Shown here one piece after another: positions 51,135 to 64,000 of a stretch of 64,000 bases of DNA. Below the pieces are notes generated by a model. That model saw only the letters and a list, made by a program, of their open reading frames with translations, had not been told where the DNA came from and did no database searches. How positions within the stretch are numbered: the stretch's first letter is position 1; every line of letters starts with the position of its first letter. The translations under genes were made by a program, and so were the position numbers. This DNA is from Meiothermus sp. GTDB taxonomy: Bacteria > Deinococcota > Deinococci > Deinococcales > Thermaceae. The stretch covers positions 1-64,000 of the forward strand of contig JANRLD010000084.1 of assembly GCA_033762915.1 (NCBI GenBank), in the 5' to 3' direction.

Positions 51135-51572
51135 TTACAGCATTTTGCTCATGGGGACTCGAGCATGTACCCGAAATCCCAGTTTTTGGTAAAAGTGTTG
51201 GGCCACCGGGTTGTGCGACTCGACCTGCAGTTCGAGGCTCCTAAGTCCTTGATCTCGAGCGAAGCGCTCCAGCCCCTCCAGCGACTCCCTCCCCAGCCCC
51301 CGGCCCCGGTGCCCGGGTCGCAAGAACAGGTCGGTGAGGAAGCCCTGCCGACCCCCAAACTCGAGGTCGAAAGCGTAGGTGAGGATGCAATAACCCGCGC
51401 CTGGGCCGCCGGACTCGATCAAAAAGGCCTGGCCGTATTCCGGGTGGCCGAGCAACTGCTCGAGGCCCCTCCGGACCACCACGGGGTCGAACTCCAGATC
51501 GTCGAAGGCGTAATATTCGCCGATCAGCTCGAGCAACAGCGGCAAGTCAGTCGCGCGCGCAGGCCGTAGCAC
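51135..51572 (-). CDS. GNAT family N-acetyltransferase
   Basis: DLFLRPGHRGRGLG and N..A..FY.KLGF motifs. Confidence 0.9.
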   Translation of the reverse strand: MLRPARATDLPLLLELIGEYYAFDDLEFDPVVVRRGLEQLLGHPEYGQAFLIESGGPGAGYCILTYAFDLEFGGRQGFLTDLFLRPGHRGRGLGRESLEGLERFARDQGLRSLELQVESHNPVAQHFYQKLGFRVHARVPMSKML

Positions 51573-51847
51573 CCCTCACCCCGCCGATTCTGGAGGCGGC
51601 ATGCTCGCCTTCTGCACGTCCATGGGTCCATTCTACGCCATCGCCTTAAGCCCCGCCGTGGACTGCGCCCATGAACCCCGCCCAAGTCCATCCAGGGTTG
51701 AACTTTGCCAGCCCTCGGGCGGGCGGCGGCGCCCAGAGCACCGACCGGGGGTGTCGTGGGACTAACCAATTTATGCCTTTGTGAACACTCGTCTCACAGA
51801 AACTGGCTAAACTAAGGCGATAAGGTGGACTCGAGGTGACGCCAAAG

Positions 51848-53164
51848 ATGAAACGTGCAGCTTGGATAATCGGGGGTGGGGCCGTTCTGGCCGCCGCCCT
51901 GGTGTATGCCCAGCTCGGGCGGCCCAACGCCGACGTGCTGACCCGCAACCCCAACGGCCAGGCCCTGGTGCAAACCTACCAGGCCATCCAGAACGACTAT
52001 CTTGAAAAGCTCACCCCTGAGCAGCTCAACAAGGTGCTCGAGGGGGGCATCAGCGGGATGCTGGGGGCACTGGGCTCGGAGTTCAACTCCTACGGCTCGC
52101 CGGAGGACGCCAAAAACGACGAGGAGATGCGCAGGGGCGAGTTCTTCGGCATCGGGGCCACCCTCGGCCCCGGCGCGGACAACAAAGGGGCCCAAATTCT
52201 TCAGTTAATTCGCGGGCTGCCAGCCTTTAACGCTGGGATCCAGGTCGGCGACTTTATCAGCGAGGTTAATGGCGAGGACGTGAGCAACCTCTCGGTCTCG
52301 CAGGTACGCAATAAGATCGTTGGGCAGCGCGGGACCAAGGTCACGGTGGGGGTCAAGCGCCAGGGCAGCAACGTCACCCTCAAGTTCGACATGATCCGCG
52401 AGCGGGTCGAGATTGTCTCGGTCACCAGCGGCATGATTCCGGGCAACATCGGGTACGTGAGCCTCGAGACCTTCATCTCCGACAAGGTCAACGACCAGCT
52501 CCAGGCAGCCATCAACGGGCTCAAGGCTAGGGGCGCGACCAAGCTTATCTTCGACCTCCGCGACAACGGCGGCGGGCAGCTCCAGCAGGCCTGTCTGGTG
52601 GCACAAAACTTTATCCGTAGCGGCCCGCTGGTCTTCCAGCGCACCCGCGATCGCACCACCGAGTACTGCAGGGGCGAAAACAGCGCCATCTGGAACGGCC
52701 CGTTGGTGGTGCTGATCAACCGCAACTCGGCCTCGGAGATCGTCTCCGGCGCTGTGCAGGACACCAAGCGCGGCAAGGTCATCGGCGAGACCAGCTTCGG
52801 GAAAGGCGTGGGCCAGTACGTTCGCCCCATGGTCAACGGTGGCGAGTTGGTGCTGGTGACCTTCGAGTGGCTCACCCCCAACAAGCGCGGCATCAACGAG
52901 AAGGGCGTGGAGCCCGACATCAAGCTGCGCGACTCCCGCTTCGAGAGCCCTGTGGCCTTCGAAGGCGCGGGCGCCAAGCCCGGCGAGACCGTCACCCTGA
53001 GTATTGGGGGCAAAACCTACTCCACCAAGGCCGACGCCGAGGGTAAATACACCTTCGCCGCCCCCCGCTCCGCGCCCCCCGCCCTCCCCGCCGAGCGCGG
53101 CCAGGCCATGCTGGACCTGGACAGGGACGCCATCCTGAAGCGGGCGGTAGAGGAGTTGCGCTAA
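51848..53164 (+). CDS. S41 C-terminal processing peptidase with PDZ domain
   Basis: GIGA PDZ loop; DLRDNGGG, SASE and FGKG motifs. Confidence 0.92.
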   Translation: MKRAAWIIGGGAVLAAALVYAQLGRPNADVLTRNPNGQALVQTYQAIQNDYLEKLTPEQLNKVLEGGISGMLGALGSEFNSYGSPEDAKNDEEMRRGEFFGIGATLGPGADNKGAQILQLIRGLPAFNAGIQVGDFISEVNGEDVSNLSVSQVRNKIVGQRGTKVTVGVKRQGSNVTLKFDMIRERVEIVSVTSGMIPGNIGYVSLETFISDKVNDQLQAAINGLKARGATKLIFDLRDNGGGQLQQACLVAQNFIRSGPLVFQRTRDRTTEYCRGENSAIWNGPLVVLINRNSASEIVSGAVQDTKRGKVIGETSFGKGVGQYVRPMVNGGELVLVTFEWLTPNKRGINEKGVEPDIKLRDSRFESPVAFEGAGAKPGETVTLSIGGKTYSTKADAEGKYTFAAPRSAPPALPAERGQAMLDLDRDAILKRAVEELR

Positions 53165-53261
53165 ACAGGGTTTTGGGTAACTCCACAGTTTAGCCGTCTC
53201 GAGACGCCAATAAGCCACTCACCCCTGCCTACACCCCCTTGCGCGCAAACCCCAAATCTTG

Positions 53262-53292
53262 ACCCTTCTCCTGCTGAGGAGAAGGGTTTTTT
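53262..53292 (+). terminator. Rho-independent terminator
   Basis: ACCCTTCTCCT-GCTG-AGGAGAAGGGT followed by a T run. Confidence 0.8.
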
Positions 53293-53400
53293 GGAAAAAC
53301 CAGCCTTCTAGCAATGGTTTTCCGCTCCTGAGCCCACAACGGCCCAACTAACGGTCAAAAGCCCCGCCGTCTGCCCCACGTACCGAGTAACCTAATCCCC

Positions 53401-54153
53401 ATGAGCGTGATTCAGCTCGAGAACCTCGGCAAGCGGTACGGAAAATTCGTGGCCCTCGAGGGGCTCAACCTCGACGTGCGGCCCGGCGAGACCCTGGCCC
53501 TACTGGGGCCCAACGGGGCCGGCAAGAGTACCACCATTAAGTCGCTGGTGGGTCTGCTGCGCCCGAGCTCGGGTCGGGCGCTGGTCAACGGCGTGGACGT
53601 GTGGAAGGATGCGGTGAAGGCCAAGAGCCAGTTCGGCTACGTGCCCGACCGGCCCTACCTCTATGGAAAGCTGACCGGACTCGAGCTGCTGCGCTTCGCC
53701 TCGGGGGTGTACCGGCTGGATCGCAAGGAGAGCGAGCGACGCATCGAGGAGCTGCTGGTGCAGTTCCGGCTCGAGCGCTTCGCCTCCTCGATGATCGAGA
53801 CCTACTCCCATGGGATGCGCCAAAAGCTCTCTCTGGCCATGAGCCTGCTGCACCGGCCCCACGCCCTGATCCTCGACGAGCCGATGGTCGGCCTCGACCC
53901 CCACGCCACCCGCCTGGTCAAAGACCTCCTGCGCGACTACTCCAAGGACGGCAAGGCGGTGCTCTACGCCACCCACCAGCTCCACCTTGCCGAGCAGGTC
54001 GCCGACCGGGTGGCCCTGGTTCACCGGGGCCAGCTGATGGCCCTGGGCACCCCCAGAGAGCTGCTCAACCAGCACAACTCCATCGACCTCGAGGAGTTCT
54101 TCCTGCGCCTCACCGAGGACGCCCAACAAGAGCCGGAGCTAGAGCAGGTTTAG
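53401..54153 (+). CDS. ABC transporter ATP-binding protein
   Basis: GPNGAGKST, YSHGM, LILDEP and H-loop. Confidence 0.93.
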   Translation: MSVIQLENLGKRYGKFVALEGLNLDVRPGETLALLGPNGAGKSTTIKSLVGLLRPSSGRALVNGVDVWKDAVKAKSQFGYVPDRPYLYGKLTGLELLRFASGVYRLDRKESERRIEELLVQFRLERFASSMIETYSHGMRQKLSLAMSLLHRPHALILDEPMVGLDPHATRLVKDLLRDYSKDGKAVLYATHQLHLAEQVADRVALVHRGQLMALGTPRELLNQHNSIDLEEFFLRLTEDAQQEPELEQV

Positions 54154-54324
54154 GCTAGTTCTACCCGGCAAGGCCCTCTGGCCCCTGGTTCCGGTTACCC
54201 TACTCTGCCTTTGATTCCGTGTCCCCCTCCCGGTGGACAAGCGACCTTCTTTGTAATTTGGGATATAATCCCCCAAACTGTTCGGGGCAGGGTGCCTGGG
54301 TAGCAGTTGGCTCGAGGGTGTGAC

Positions 54325-54786
54325 GTGCGTGGACGCAACGTTTTCCTAATCGCTTTTGTGGTGCTGATGGGGCTCTTCGCGTGGCGCAACTGGAGCGTCT
54401 TTAGCGAGGAGCGAACCCTTTCGCTCATTTTTACCCAGGTCACAGCGCCCTTCGGGGTGGTGCTTCTGACCATCATGGCGGTGTTGGTGGTGGTCTATTT
54501 CCTCTACACGGTGGGTCTCGAGGCCGCCGCGCTGATGGAGGTTAAGCGCTACGCCCGCGAACTGCTAAGCGCCCGAAAACTGGCCGACGAGGCCGAGGCC
54601 AGCCGCTTTTCCGAGCTGAAGAAGTGGCTCGAGACCGAGTTCAAGCCCACCGCCGTCAACCACGAGGTGCTGTCCCGCATTGACCAAGCCGAGCAAGAGC
54701 TCCGCCAGGACATCGAAAAGGCCGGCAACACCCTGGCAGCCTACATCGGCGAACTCGAGGATCAGCTAAAGGAAAAAACCACCTAG
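54325..54786 (+). CDS. LapA-like membrane protein
   Basis: Two transmembrane segments with N...LSL.F...AP, then a coiled coil. Confidence 0.7.
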   Translation: MRGRNVFLIAFVVLMGLFAWRNWSVFSEERTLSLIFTQVTAPFGVVLLTIMAVLVVVYFLYTVGLEAAALMEVKRYARELLSARKLADEAEASRFSELKKWLETEFKPTAVNHEVLSRIDQAEQELRQDIEKAGNTLAAYIGELEDQLKEKTT

Positions 54787-55119
54787 CCCAGCCCTAACGG
54801 GCCATGACCTCTCTAGCGGTTCGGGTCGGCCTACCTGATCGCCCAGACCCCAATGGATGTTCGGTGGCTGCGCCAAACCCTAGACTTTGCCGGAAAGCCG
54901 CCTCTTTACCCTGCCATGGCGACCGGCACCGCACCGCTGGGATGACTTGATCTATTGGCCCCATGGCCCCATCCAGTGCTTTTTCGAGCAGACATGAGTT
55001 TTCTGTAGCTCGAGGTAGAGGTCTGCTCGTGGCTGACAGGCTCGAGCCGGTCGGAAACTTGAGCTGGTCGTGTAGGCTCGAGGCCGAGATCTGCTCGAGG
55101 CTGAGAGGCTCGAGCCTCT

Positions 55120-55884
55120 CTAGAAATTCCAACTCGAGCTGAGCTTACTGCCACACTCAAGGCACTCAAACACGCCGTTTTTGATCACATTGATGGCTTG
55201 ACAGTGGTCGCAGCGGCGGAACTCGAACTCGGCGGTAAAGTGGAGTGGGAACCGTACCTCCACAATTTTCAAGGCTGCTTCGAGCACAGACCAACAACTA
55301 AACTCGGGGCAGTAGCCCGTGGACTGATTGGTGATTTGCGTGATGGCGGGTTCACCGTCCATCCACTCGAGCGTCAGCTCACCCGCCGCCAGAACAGGCT
55401 TGCCCTTGGCGCAAGCAACGTGTTCACTGCGTCTATCGGCAATCCAAAGCACCGCTTGGGTGTCCAAGATGAAGGTGGTGATGACCTCGAGGTTGGGCTT
55501 GATTGTCCAGCCATTTCGCTTCGCCCAAAGAGCAAAATCCGACTTTTCGTAAACTTCGGTTAGGTCGGCGGGAGGATCGAGAGTCAAGCGATCTGGTGAA
55601 CCTACATAGCTATATTGCTTCGATTCTTCAACAAGGGCAAGAAAATCGAGCGCAGGAAAAATGTGCTTCTCTTGATACTCGCTAAGGCTGTTTGCATACC
55701 CGTGCCCAATGGTAATTGCCTCTTTAGCCTCCACAAATGATAGGTCAAAAAGCTCACGAACCAGCTTGATGCTTTCTAACGGGCCAATGTTTTCTTGCTT
55801 GAGAACCCGAGCGACTTCAACAGGAGTTTTTTTCTCACGGAGAAGGGTCTTGTAATGCTCGAGCAATGCTTGGTAGGTAGCCAT
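55120..55884 (-). CDS. Hypothetical two-domain protein with a C-terminal Zn ribbon
   Basis: Lower GC; RRSEHVACA...AAGE...NQSTGYCP motif; CxxC-x11-CxxC. Confidence 0.75.
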   Translation of the reverse strand: MATYQALLEHYKTLLREKKTPVEVARVLKQENIGPLESIKLVRELFDLSFVEAKEAITIGHGYANSLSEYQEKHIFPALDFLALVEESKQYSYVGSPDRLTLDPPADLTEVYEKSDFALWAKRNGWTIKPNLEVITTFILDTQAVLWIADRRSEHVACAKGKPVLAAGELTLEWMDGEPAITQITNQSTGYCPEFSCWSVLEAALKIVEVRFPLHFTAEFEFRRCDHCQAINVIKNGVFECLECGSKLSSSWNF

Positions 55885-56021
55885 AGATGGACTAACTCTA
55901 CATCTTTATGTAGGGCCCATCCCTTGTGGTTGGCCTAAACTGCGTCCGGGTCGTCAACGTGATCCGGCATGTGGAGTGAGGAGGCCAGGCACAAGTCGCT
56001 GGCCTTACAAACGACATAAAC

Positions 56022-56049
56022 GGGGCCTCGAGCATTCACTCGAGGCCCC
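56022..56049 (-). terminator. rpoC terminator
   Basis: GGGGCCTCGAG-N6-CTCGAGGCCCC followed on the minus strand by GTTTAT. Confidence 0.7.
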
Positions 56050-56072
56050 CAAGTCCATCAACCTACATCAAA

Positions 56073-60638
<4,566 letters not shown>

Positions 60639-60732
60639 TCAGTCCCCCGTGTTGGGAAGGAAACTTGCGCTCTATGAGTTGCGGTCGACCTGCGCTTGCG
60701 CTCGTGATGTTCCATTCACTCTGCTAAACCGT

Positions 60733-60878
60733 TGTCATGCCGAGGAGGCGTTGTTTGCCCAAGAAGAATCTCTCGCTACGTCGGGTCGTCTGATTGATGT
60801 CGGCGGTGACAGTCCTTTACAACATTGCGCCGGCTGCCGTACGCCCTTCGTAGATTCTTCGCTCTGCTCAGAATGACA
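60733..60878. repeat. REP-like inverted-repeat element in the rpoB-rpoC spacer
   Basis: TGTCAT...GAAGAATCT pairs with AGATTCTTC...ATGACA. Confidence 0.6.
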
Positions 60879-60960
60879 CCGGGGTTGGTTGGGTGGTTTG
60901 CGGAGGGATTTGGTGCGCGGTTTGCTTTTTACTTTTGGCTACCCGCCACCCGCTATCCCC

Positions 60961-64000
<3,040 letters not shown>

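Overview
GC-rich chromosomal window from a Thermales bacterium (Meiothermus/Calidithermus-like, judged from the 1521-aa Thermus-type RpoC and RpoB). It runs from a partial yefM antitoxin gene to rpoC and a partial rpoB. Housekeeping and metabolic genes include an omega-amino-acid aminotransferase with mmsA, pccB, glycerate kinase, HMG-CoA lyase, manA, a P-type ATPase, speB, nhaA, an RluA-family synthase, mutY, gabT and an S41 peptidase. No tRNA, rRNA, CRISPR array or transposase was seen. The best candidate for an undescribed system is at 14.3-27.3 kb: a SARP/BTAD-ATPase-TPR regulator lies near a divergent promoter pair in which each side has the architecture GTCAC-N6-GTCAC-N11-(-10). One side drives a lipoprotein subtilase plus a 66-aa protein. 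The other drives three microproteins followed by three lipoproteins, the last bracketed by a ~141-bp structured direct repeat. Other signals are a shared palindromic site upstream of the aminotransferase and mmsA promoters, a textbook TGTACA yefM operator, several pseudogenes (Uma2, NERD), a REP-like element between rpoB and rpoC, many probable leaderless starts, and strong CTCGAG enrichment. All family assignments come from recalled motifs, not from database searches.
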